The notes beneath the pieces are model-generated. The model was given only the letters and a program-made list of their open reading frames with translations. It did no database searches and was not told the origin of the DNA. The position numbers were made by a program, and so were the translations under genes. From NCBI GenBank assembly GCA_043228905.1, contig JBHGNT010000002.1, positions 12,648,001-12,712,000 of the forward strand: a stretch of 64,000 bases of DNA. The letters run 5' to 3'. Positions 24,096 to 35,922 of the stretch are shown piece by piece. The stretch comes from Azolla caroliniana. Its lineage: Eukaryota > Plantae > Polypodiophyta. Position 1 is the stretch's first letter; every line of letters begins with the position of its first letter.

Positions 24096-26923
24096 CCTTG
24101 TATCCTAGTGTGAACTCGTCCTAATAGTTAGGGCTTAGTATATAAGCGATAACCTAACATTGTAAACAAAGAGTGATTGATCATCTTGTACATTGAGTCT
24201 TTGAGAGAGAGAGAGAGAACATAATTAAAGAGAGCTTCCATTAAAGCTTCGTCTATGTGTCTATCATCTGTCTACATCTTCTTGCCCTCCTTCTGTGTTG
24301 TTTGTTGAGCAAGGTCCTCACATACAACTCCGCGCATATATGTTCCTCAACTGGTATCAAAGCGACTTGCTACTCGGCAACAATAAACAACAGAAAAATG
24401 CTGAAAGGAAAAGGACCAAGTAAGTAAAATCTCACATTCAAAGAAGAATATGGCTTCAACATCCTGAACAGGAGTTGAAATCAGAAAATTCGATGGCAAA
24501 AACTTTGCCCTTTCGAAGGAGATGATGCAAGACTTTCTGATCATCAGAAGACAAGTTGAAGCCATTCGACACCGTGAAAAACCTACCTCAATGATAGTTG
24601 AAGAGTGGAGATCTACAGACAAAATCACACGCTCCACCATCCGAATGCATCTGGCCGAAAACGTCTACTTCAACATAGCCAAAGAGATGACAACGTTCTC
24701 ACTGTGGGAGAAACTACAAGCTGTGTACGAGAAAAAGTCCTAATCTTCAAAACTGATTTTGATCGAACAATTGTTCAACATAAAGATGAGAGAGTCGAGA
24801 ACAAGCCAATCATGCGAATTCTACACACACTGCAGAAAAGTTGGCCACAATGTTTCCCACAATGTGTTCCGTGATCCGAGCGGTATCGAGGATGACCCGA
24901 TTCGGACCACTTTCCTACAGGCAACCAAATCAATGTTTCTGACACCCGATCAGGAGAAATTCTCTCCTTAGAGGATTCAATGATCGGAGAAGTCCTCTAT
25001 AGTGCACAAGATGCACACACGTGGTTACTAGACTCCGGTGCCACGTTTCATGTGACCCCCAAAATTGAATGGTTCTTTCTAATGCTCTCACTCTCTCTTA
25101 GTACTTAACCTCATTCCATTCTTTCGTGACAATTTTTTCACCTTCATTGTAAACCTCTTCCCATTTTCTAAGCCTCAACATGTCAGATCTTACCAAGAGA
25201 AGAAATCAGCTCATGGAAGCCATGCATAAACATCAACTTGAGAATGACAACCTTTAGGAATCGTTACGGAAGCTTCAAGTTGGAACACTGATGGAACTCA
25301 AAGAAAAAAACAACTCTCCTCCTGCATCAACAAATGTTCTACCTATAGAGCGTGGTTCCTCATCAAGGCTTTCTCCAACTCCTCCCCATCCCACTACAAG
25401 TATGGAGCCTAAGATTAGTTTACCTGACAAGTTCGATGGCACGAGGAAGCACTTACCGAGGGTTCATAAATCAAATCAAGCTTATTATCCAACTACAGCC
25501 TCAATGGTACGCGGATGATTTTTGTCAAGTTGGTCTCATCGGGAGCCTTCTGTCAAGAGTTGCACAAGCCTTGTTTGCACCGTTGGTCGAAACGTCATCA
25601 CCACTTCTACAAAATTTTCTTGCCTTTCTGGCAGAGTTTGAGGCAACATTTGGGGATACGGACCGACGCCGAACTGCCATTACCAAACTCTATTCATTAC
25701 ATCAAGGTATGCATCCGGTATCCGTTTATGCCTCTGAATTTAGACAATCACCATGTGATGTTCAGCGGGATGGCCAAGCGCTCCACGACCATTTTTGCCG
25801 GGGCCTTTGAAGCGAGATTAAAAATTTACTACTTAACTTTCCGGAGCCTACGTCATTGTCACAAGCCATTACGCAAGAAGTTAGTTGTGACAATTGGTTG
25901 TTTGAGCTTCACCGAGAGGAACGAGCAACTTCAAGGTGGCAACCCTCTTTGAGATCTTCTCCGTGCCGAGGCCGAACGGAGGTATCGCCAAACCAACAGA
26001 CTATGTTTATATTGTGGTGCATCCACCCATGTAACTCGTTTTGTCCAATCGAGAATAATCAACGACAAATATCTACAAACAATACGACAAGACTGCCCCA
26101 ACAATCCACATTCGTGTCGCTCCCATAGTTCGGCTACATTGACAAAAGATTTCTCCTTTTTGGAAAGCATCCATTTCAAGTCAATTTCAATTAGGTCCGG
26201 GGCAACAATGTGTTTTATGGACGAGAGGTTCGTTCATAAACACAAGTTTCCGGTTGTCTGATTGTCCAAGCCAATCCTAGTGGAAGCTATTCATGGACGC
26301 GTGCTTTCTTCGGGAGTAGACACTGAAGCCATTGTCCCACTTATCCGACAGGTTGGGGACCACTAGCTTGGGCACAAAGTCCACTTGTTGATTAGCGCAA
26401 TCACTCAATTACTTTCTTCCAAACCAGCTTGGAGGTGCAAGCAGTATCTCATGTAGTAGCAGGCGCTCACCCTCCCATTAAAGTAAGAATTAGCTCCAAA
26501 GCGGATGGTCACATCCTAGTCACAACAAGGAAAATAGTGCATAGTGCCTCTGAGTCGAGCAATCCAATGAGGGCAGCTACTGACTCACTATTGTCCAAGT
26601 ATGAAGACTTTGGGGACTTGTTTGAGAAAAAGAATGCTAATCACTTGCCTGAGCATCAACGCTACGACTGTCTGATCGATCTGCAAGAAGGTGTCAGTCC
26701 TCCCTTTGGCCCAATTTATGGGTTTTCAGAACCAGAACTCCAAGCACTCCGAACTTATCTCGACGAGAACCTTGAAAAGGGTTTTATTCAACCCTCAAAA
26801 TCACCAGTAAGAGCTCCTATTTTGTTTGTGAAAAAGAAAGATGGCTCCTTATGCCTCTGCGTTGACTATGATTTTTAGGTAATCTTTTGACTCGGCGCTC
26901 AACACACAACAACCGATGTCTTA

Positions 26924-29900
26924 TGTTGAGAGACAAGCTCAACATCGGCCGGATCGGCTAAAGAAGCCGAGGACTGGATCGGTCCCCCCAACCAATCCGG
27001 TTAGGCCGAATGCGTAAACCGGTATGCAGACCGGTGCGTAGGTAGGGCCGGATCGGTGCGTAAACCAGGAGGCCATTAGGAAAGATATTCCATGAGGAAT
27101 ATATTTGGGAGTTAGTGTAGGAGCTCTTAATGAGCATTGAAGTACTGTCAGTACTTCGGTCAGTCCTTCTAGGACTTGTATAAAAGTGTTCATTGAACAC
27201 ACATATGTATAGAGTAGTGAGTAGAGATTGAGTACTTTTTGAATATAGTTCTTGTGTTATCTCTCTCTCACTCTCTCTCTCTCTCTGTCTCTCCCGCGTA
27301 TACTGCGTAAGCTCAAGCTCTCCATTAAACCTGAGTTTTCTTCCTTCTGTTTGGTCTTCATACTTGCTTCCGCACGTTACTTTTTACATGGTATCAGAGC
27401 GCGAGGGTTGAGAACCTCTCTGCAGCCGACACAGCTTGACGAAGAAGAACAAGAAGAACGATGGATAGAGGCATGGCGAGCTCGCTTCCAACAGAGAAGC
27501 TCGACAAAACCAACTACGCATCTTGGTCCTACAAGATGCACCAGTACCTGCTCGGGCACGGCTACTGGAGTTATGTTGAAGGAGCTAATGACACGGCACC
27601 CGAATCGACACACAGAGACTTCCCGTTGTGGGACCAATCGGCGAGCAGGGTATTATACTGCTTCGCGTCGTGTGTGGGCGAACAGTTATTGAGCTATGTT
27701 CGGGATGCAAAGACGCCGAAGGGTGCGTGGGAAAATCTGAAGAAGATTTTCGTCGCGAGCACCACAGCCAGGAAGCTTTAGCTCCGACAGGAGTTGAGCA
27801 ACCTACGACAACGCGACTTGTCGATGGCGGACTATACCTCGAAAATCAAGGATATCTGCGACTCCCTCGCCTCCATAGAGGTGAACATCGAGGAGAGTGA
27901 GGTGGTCCAGATTTGTCTCGGAGGTTTGGCATCGAAGTTCGGAGCATTCCGAACGGCTGTGTGTACCCGGGAGAATACGCCGTCCTTTTTCGACTTACAG
28001 TCAATGCTCCTGGTAGAGGAGAACCACGCGAGTGCGTCTACAAGCACGCACACTCATGGCAGAATGTTGTACACGGAGGGAGATAGGCCCCGTGGATGTG
28101 GAGGACGAGGCGAGTCGGCGCGCAACGGAGGCAACCAACGAGATCAAGGAAGAAGGCTCCGAAGTGATGCCGACAGCAACTCCGGACCCTCCGGAAATAG
28201 GGGGAGTTGAAGAGATGAGAACTGTCAAGGGAAGGCCATCGTGGAGTGCTGGTACTGTGGCAAGAAAGGCCACAAGGAAAGTGAGTGCTGGAAGAAGTGC
28301 GCCGATTCAGAGAGAACCGGTTCCACAAACGGCTCTGGACATACCGACAAGGGAAATCGGCAGCGATCACACTACGCCGAAGACTCTGGGAGAGTCGGAG
28401 AAGGGTCTGCCTTCGTGACGAGACACGAAGCAAACTCAATGAAACAGACCACCCCGAGATCGGACGAGGTGTGGTACGTAGACTTTGGCGCGTCAAACCA
28501 CATGACGAGCCATAAGGAGTGGTTCTCGTACCTTGAAAAACCGATACAACCTGGAGTAGTCGCAACTGGAGACGACACTCCGCATCCGATCGCGAATGTC
28601 GGAGAAGTTCCGCTTAGCCATGTCGGGCAGAAAGGGAAACTCATGAACGTGTTGCACGTTCCGCCAATCACGAAGAACTTGGTCTCGGTCGGACAAATCG
28701 TCGACCAAGGGATGGAGGTTCGGTTTACACACCTCGGGTGCTTCATTGAGGAAGAAGGCCGTGTGATTGCGCAAGGGCGCAGAGACGGGAGGATGTTCAT
28801 CCTCGACTCCACTGACGGCGGCACCGCAATGTTCGCGAAGGGAAGAAAAACCGAGTCGGACATTGACTTGTGGCACAAGCGGATAGGCCACGTCAACTAC
28901 CAACGGCTTCAAGATCTGCAATCGAAACATGTAGTGTTCGGATTGCCCAAATTTAGTGGCCGAAAGGCACAAATTTGTGAAGCCTGCCAGCTCGGGAAGC
29001 AACACCGACTTCCTTTCCCCAACGAGCGAAACCGGAGCTGGAACAAGCTCGACCTTATACACTCCGATGTATGGGGGCCGACACAAAAGGTTAGTCTTGG
29101 CAGGAGCCGATATTTCATCTCCTTCATCGACGACCACACGCGGCACACGTGGATCTACCTCATTGAGAGGAAGAGAGAAGTCTTCGACTGTTTCCGGGAC
29201 CTCAAAGGGTTCGTGGAAACGGAAACGGGACGAAAGATCAAGTGCCTATGGTCGGATGGCGGGAAAGAGTACTTTTCCGGTCAACTCAACGGTTATCTAC
29301 AACAAATGGGAATTCAGCGCAAATTTAGTTGTAGATACACGCCGGAGCAGAACGGCGTGGCCGAGAGGAAGAATCGGTCAGTTGTGGAAGCGGCACAGGC
29401 AATGCTGGAGGAGAAGAGCTTGCCCAAGTTCTACTGGGCCGAGGCGGTAAGGACCGCGGTATACATCCAGAACCGGATCGGAGACAAGGTGTCGGCGCAC
29501 GAGCTATATTTCGGAACGAAGCCGAACTTGCAACACTTGAGGGTGTTCGGAAGCATCGCGTATGTGCATGTACCGAAGGAGAAAAAGAGGAAGCTGGACG
29601 TAAAGGCTAAGAAATGCATCTTGGTGGGTTACTTGGACGAGCAGAAGGGTTATAAGTGCTATAACCCTCGCACCAAACAAGCGCGTGTTAGGCGTGACGT
29701 TGTGGTTGACGAGTCTGTGTCCTGATACCAGCCCCCGACTCTGAACCCCGACTCCAATCCGAGTTCTGACGATGAGTTCAGCAAGGCCGAGATGCCTCCG
29801 GATGAACCTGAAATCGAGACCCGCGAAGAGAGTCCGATTTCACTCCGTTTAACTGGACCGATTAGACGACTGAGTCGGTACGATTAGTCCGATGAAGAGC

Positions 29901-32141
29901 CGATGAGTAGTGGAGACTCGGCCGTGCATTCCCCGCGTAGGAAGCCGAGGAGACGGCTTACGCGCAAAGAGAAAGGGAAGAAGAAGGTGTCGGATTCCGG
30001 CACGGATAGGAACGAGTCAGACCGATGTGAGTCTGATTCCGAGGGAACCGGTGATGGGTCTTTAAAGGTGAAGTCCGCGTCGACCGAGAAGGCCTCGACA
30101 TCAGCTAATGTGAGATTATGCCGATCTACCCGCCAGAAGAATCCTGTTTTGCGGTTCGGATACAACGAGTACATGGCGCATCATTATGCGTACATGACCC
30201 GTGTAGCGGAAGTGCGTGAGCTAGAGAGGTACGCAGAAGCGGCTAAAGACGCGAATTGGCGTGCCGCGATGGAGGAAGAGATGCACGCATTGGCGGAGAA
30301 CGAGACCTGGGACCTGCTTGACGCACCAAGAGGGGTAAATCCGATCAGGTGTAGGTGGGTGTACAAGGTCAAGTACAACACCGATGGCTCCGTCAACCGG
30401 TACAAGGCTCGGCTAGTGGCAAAGGGCTACGCACAGAAACACGGCATCAACTACGATGAGACGTTCGCGCCGGTCGCGAAAATGACGATCGTCCGATTTT
30501 TGCTCGTAGTAGCTGCGGTGAAGGGGTGACACTTACATCAGATGGATGTAAAGAATGCGTTCCTGCAAGGTGACCTTGAGGAACATGTGTACATGGCACA
30601 GCCCCCCGGTTTTCACTCTGGAACGAACTCCTCGGCAATATGCCGACTGAAGAAGTCCCTTTACGGACTAAAGCAAGCCCCGCGTGCCTGGAACGTGAAG
30701 ATCACGCAACAACTGCGTCTAATCGGCTTCGTCACGTCAAATTCAGACTCTTCCCTGTTCATCCGGAAAGGTCGACTAGGACCGGTTAGTATTTTACTGT
30801 ATGTTGATGACTTGGTCATCACCGGCGCCGACCTAGGTGCAATCGACCGCGTGAAGCTCCAGCTTGCGGCATCGTTCGACATGAAGGATTTGGGGACCTT
30901 CATTACTTCCTCGAGATCGAAGTGATCCATACCCCCGAAGGCATTTTGATCAGCCAACGTCATTACGTGCTGAGTATGCTCTTCAAATTCGGGATGGCCG
31001 ATTGTAAGTCCGTCTCGACTCCTCTGGATAGAACCGTCAAGCTTCGTCCCGATACGGGAACGGTATGCGACCCGACGAGGTTCTGACAAATTGTCGGAAG
31101 CCTCATATACTTGACCATCACCCGACCCGACCTCAGTTATCCGGTCGGAGCGATCAGTCAGTTCATGGCGCGACCTACCGAGGAGCACCTTCAGTGTGCA
31201 CAACGCATACTTCGGTATGTCAACGGCACTAAGGACCGGGGACTGCTATATCGGACCGGTGCAGTTGCGCAGTTAGTCGGCTACACCGATGCTGATTGGG
31301 CTGGCAACGCCGCCGACTGCCGATCCACGTCCGGATACGCGTGTCCTTTCCGGTGAAGTCGAACTTCAGTACGTTCCGACGGATCGGCAGACTGCCGACA
31401 TCTTCACTAAGCCTCTTGGTCTGGACAAGTTGCGGCAATTCTCCGATTGGAGGTAGCCGAGTCGGTTCGGATGTTTGATTCAAATACGCTGAATAAACTG
31501 AGGCCCAAGCGGAAGAAGAGGCAGCAGGAGAAGCGTCAACACCGCAATAGCAGAAGAGCTGATAAGGGCCACATGAGCATACAAGCTGACCGGAAGGGTC
31601 GAAGCGCGCGGAGTCGAACAGGTCGTGGAGCACGAGCGAGACGTGAAGCCAGGAGGAACCGGAGTTGTGAGCCCGAAGATCCCCCGAAGAGCCTCAAGTT
31701 GAGCTTGAGGGGGAGTGTTGAGAGACAAGCTCAACATCGGCCGGATCGGCTGAATAGGCCGAATGCATAAACCGGTATGCAGACGGGTGCGTAGGTAGGG
31801 CCGGATCGGTGCGTAAACCGGGAGGCCGTTAGGAAAGATATTACGTGAGGAATATATTTGGGAGTTAATGTAGGAGCTCTTAATGAGCATTGAAGTACTG
31901 TCAGTACTTCGGTTAGTCCTTCTAGGACTTGTATAAAAGTGTTCATTGAACACACATATGTATAGAGTAGTGAGTAGAGATTGAGTACTTTTTGAATATA
32001 GTTCTTGTGTTATCTCTCTCTCACTCTCTCTCTGTCTCTGTCTCTCCCGCGTATACTATGTAAGCTCAAGCTCTCCATTAAACCTGAGTTTTCTTCCTTC
32101 TGTTCGGTCTTCATACTTGCTTCCGCACATTACTTTTTACA
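26924..32141 (+). mobile_element. Ty1/copia element H, near full-length and relatively young
   Basis: Highly similar LTRs 26924-27388 and 31716-32141, perfect TSD TCTTA, PBS TGGTATCAGAGC at 27389, PPT GAGGGGGAG at ~31707-31715. Confidence 0.95.
27461..31460 (+). pseudogene. pol: Element H gag-pol with a few stops/frameshifts and an internal RNase H deletion
   Basis: CWYCGKKGHKESEC, WYVDFGASNHM, 494-aa PR-INT ORF at 28241-29725, [25 protein letters not shown]...RSTSGY jumps directly to ELQYVPTDRQTADIFTK. Confidence 0.93.
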
Positions 32142-33705
32142 TCTTATCCCATTGGTCTGAGTTCGAGCTCACTCCAGAGGATGAAGCCTATGTTCAGCAG
32201 TCCTAGAGTTTTTTAAAGCGTGACCAATTCTACAACTTCGTGACTTGCTTGATCTAGGATGACTCCTTGCTCAAGCAAATAGCAAAACCCACTACAACTA
32301 ACAAGTTCGCCACTGAGGTCAAGGCAAGTATCACAAACCCCTCCCACAAACCCAAAAGGCACGATTTAGCTCGTTTTACAATTTAGGATAATCTTTTCTA
32401 TGTCCCAGAAGGTCCCTGTTAGACCAAGGTGCTTCACGAGTGTCATGATGATCCACTAGTTGGTCATTTTGGCATTGCGAAAACCTTGGAGTTGATATCT
32501 CTTGGGTAATGGTGGCCACAACCATGGAATTTGGTCAAGGAGTTCGTTAAATCATGCGACATTTGTGCTCCCAATCCCCAAACGGCCTTGGGCCTCTCTT
32601 TCCATGGATTTCATCACTGACCTTCCTTTTGTTGGTGGCTATGACTCAGTATTCCTCATGGTCGATCGCTTCACCAAGATGGCTCATTTTGCTCCATGTG
32701 CCAAAACTATTATTGGAGAGGAGACAACCGATTTGTTTTTCAAAAATGTAGTTCGACTACATGGACTCCCAGACGATATCACTTCTCTGATCGAGGACCA
32801 CAATTTGTTTCCACTTTCTGGCGGCGCCTTCTGCAAACCTTCGGTTGTACTGTGAATTTGTGTTCCGCCTATCATTTGCAAACCAATGGACAAACAGAGC
32901 GGGTTAACAAAATCTTGGAACAATACTTGTGGTGCTCTTTTAGCTACCAACAAGACAACTGGATTGACCTTCTCCCACTTGCCGAGTTCGTCTACAACAA
33001 CTCTCTGCATACATCTACGAGAGTTACTCCATTTTTCACAAACTACGGTCTCCACCCCCACTTCAACATTTTGCTTCCCTCGGACTTTGTCAATCCTTCT
33101 GCAGAGGACCAAGCACGTCTCTTGGAGGATGTACATTGCAATCTTTCCTTGGAGCTCACCCTCGCTAGCGAACGCTACAAGGAGCAAGCTGACCGTCTTC
33201 GCTTAGATGCTCCTCGGTTCGAGGTAGATGACTTTGTTTGGCTTCTCCGTCACAATATTGCCACCACTCATCCTTGTTTGAAGCTTGATTACAAGAAGTT
33301 AGGCTCTTTCCGAATCATCGAGAAAATTAGTTCCATGGCTGTCCGCTTAGAGCTACCATCCCACTTCCGTATTCAAAATGTATTCCACATCTGCCTTCTA
33401 GAACCTCACCATATATCTGAAATCCTTGGTCGACACCTTTCTCGTCCACCACCAATCCAACTCTCAACCAGAGAAGAACATGAGGTCGACCAAATTCTCG
33501 ACTCTCGTCTCTTCCGTTCCTAGCTTCAATACCTTGTCCTCTGGAAAGGGTACCCGATCTCCGAAGCAACATGGGAGCCGGCACACCATCTCAAGAATGC
33601 CCCAGATATAGTTCGAGCATTTCATGAACGCTATCCACAAAAACTGGCCGCGGGTCCTAGGAGGCGGCCTTAGAGGGAGGATAATGTCATAGACAGGATG
33701 CCACA

Positions 33706-33775
33706 TGGAATGGTGGGGGTTGAACCCATGACATTCTGGTCTTATTGGGCAACCTTACTAGTTGAGATACATCCA
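33706..33775 (-). other. tRNA-derived segment (degenerate A/B boxes) inside the chromovirus LTR
   Basis: Minus strand TGGATG-TATCTCAACTAGTAAGG...TGTC-ATGGG-TTCAACC-CCCAC-CATTCCA shows D-arm/A-box, T-arm/B-box and acceptor-like pairing. Confidence 0.6.
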
Positions 33776-35922
33776 TCTATGCATTATTGTATTGTATAAG
33801 ATTTAACTTTTTTCATTATAGATTGATCACTAGAACTTTCAAGAACCTTCTAGAGAATGCATCTTCATGCTCTCTCTAGAAGTTTCCATGCACTCTCTAG
33901 AAGTCTTCTAGCTTTCATGCATACCTCAACATTCTTGTATAAATACAAGGGTGCACCTTGATTACAATAAAGGTGAACAACACCAATTACAAACGCATAA
34001 TTTAGTTCTTGTTCATTTGTCTATTCTGTCTCTCTCTCTCTTGTTCTCTTGTCTATGCTCTCTCTCTCGTTATCTCTTAATATTGAGCCTCGTCTACTTG
34101 TTCTTGACAATCTTGTGATCTTTTTTATGCTCTCGCTCTCTCTTAGTACTTCGCCTCATTCCACCCTTTCGTGACACCTGTACCGAGTGCGGCACATACC
34201 CGATCTAAAAAGGAGCCTAGTCTACATTGGCATGTTAGCCGAACACAGGTACAAAACAACTCTAAGTGAGTCAGTATGGATGATCAGCCGAGGAAACCTT
34301 AGTGTTGGGAGAGGGCACAAGTACAACAACTTGTACCCACTGATGGAAATCGATCCAGAAGGGGTCGTGAATGTAGCCGAAAAGACTGACCCGAACATAT
34401 GGCATGCCTGACTCGGCCATATGTTTCAAGCCGAGCTTGATCGGTTGATGGCAATCGGCTACATCACAAACTCCAAGCAAAGACGGACTTCTACGAGCAT
34501 TGTCGATACGGGAAATAGAACTGAAGTCCGCACGCTCTCCACTACAAGATGATACGACAGTCCCTAGAGCTTGTGCACATAGATATATGTGGGCCCATGC
34601 CAGAGCAATCACTAGGAGGCTCTCGATACTTCATCACCTTTGTGGATGACTGTACACGGAAGATTTGGGCCTACTCCATCAGGTCCAAAGACGAAGCGCT
34701 CGAGGTCTTCACTCGATGACAACTGAAATGGAGAACCAATCGGGATAAACAGTGAAGACACTCAGATCTGACAACGAAGGAGAATACACCTACAGAGCCT
34801 TCAAATAGTACCTATCTGACAAAGGGATCTAGCATCAAAAGACCGTTTCTTACCCACCCATACAGAATGGTGTGGCAGAACAGATCAACCGAACGATCCA
34901 AGAGAGGGTGTCAGCAATGCTCTAGCAAGTCGAACTAAAGGTGGAATTGGCTGAAAGCATGCGAGTGGAAACAATTAGCTATGTCCTTGACATAGCTAAT
35001 TAGCTATGCAAAAAGCTACTATTGATAAATAGTCATTTTTGCAAAAATCTACCATTGATAAATTAGCTATGAAAAAAGCTACCATTGAAAATAGTAGAGA
35101 GTTTTAATTATATAAATGAGCTCAGAATATTACCATAGCTAACTAGCTACATGTAATAGCTAATTACCTACTAGAATAGCTAATTAGCTCCCTAAGAATA
35201 TCAAACATAGCTATTCAGCTACCAAAATAGCTAATTAGCTACCATCCATAGCTATTTAGCTACCACAATAGCTCATTAGTTGCCTATACAAATAGCTAAT
35301 TAGCCACCACAATAGCTCATTAGTTGCCTATACAAATAGCTAATTAGCTACCAGAGTAGCTAATTAGCTACTTATGACTATAGCTAATTAGCTCCAAGAA
35401 TTGCTAATCCCCTATTGGAATAGCTATGGTAGTAGCTAATTAGCTAACATTTAACTAATTAGCTATTGTATTAAACTATGGTAGTAGCTAATTAGCTACT
35501 CAGCTAAAGTATGGTAGTAGCTAATTAGCTACCACTTAGCTAATTAGCTACTCAGCTAAAGTATGGTAGTAGCTAATTAGCTACCACTTAGTTAATTAGC
35601 TACTCAACTCAAGTATGGTAGTAGCTAATTAGCTAATTGGTAGCCAATTAGTGACTGAGCTAAAGTATGGTAGTAGCTAATTAGCCACTATAACTAAAGT
35701 ATGGTAGTAGCTAATATTAGCTACCACTTAACTAATTATGGTAGTAGCTAATTAGCCACTATAACTAAAGTATGGTAGTAGCTAATATTAGCTACCACTT
35801 AACTAATTATGGTAGTAGCTAATTAGCTGCCACTTAGCTAATTAACTACTCAGCTAAAGTATGGTAGTAGCTAATTAGGTAAGTGGTAGGTGAGTAGCTA
35901 ATTAGCTATTATACTAGACTAT

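Larger units (their letters stand above)
25082..34176 (+). mobile_element. Ty3/gypsy chromovirus (Tcn1-like), most of RT/RNase H deleted
   Basis: 5' LTR tail 25082-25131 matches the end of the 3' LTR (33685-34176). gag MEPKISLPDKFDG, RT start PPFGPIY...FIQPSKSP...LCVDY, integrase SMDFITDLP/VDRFTKMAHF/QTNGQTER, chromodomain EHEVDQILDSR...YLVLWKGYPISEATWEP (~33480-33640), PPT 33672-33684. No tRNA PBS seen. Confidence 0.9.
24098..34948 (+). mobile_element. Ty1/copia element F, fragmented (LTR end, PBS, gag, protease; integrase at 34177-34948)
   Basis: PBS TGGTATCAAAGC at 24352, gag EIRKFDGKNFAL, protease WLLDSGATFHV at ~25020. Resumes after the chromovirus as VRHIPDLKRSLV...LELVHIDICGP...QNGVAE. 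Cut by the Sola-like TIR. Confidence 0.8.
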
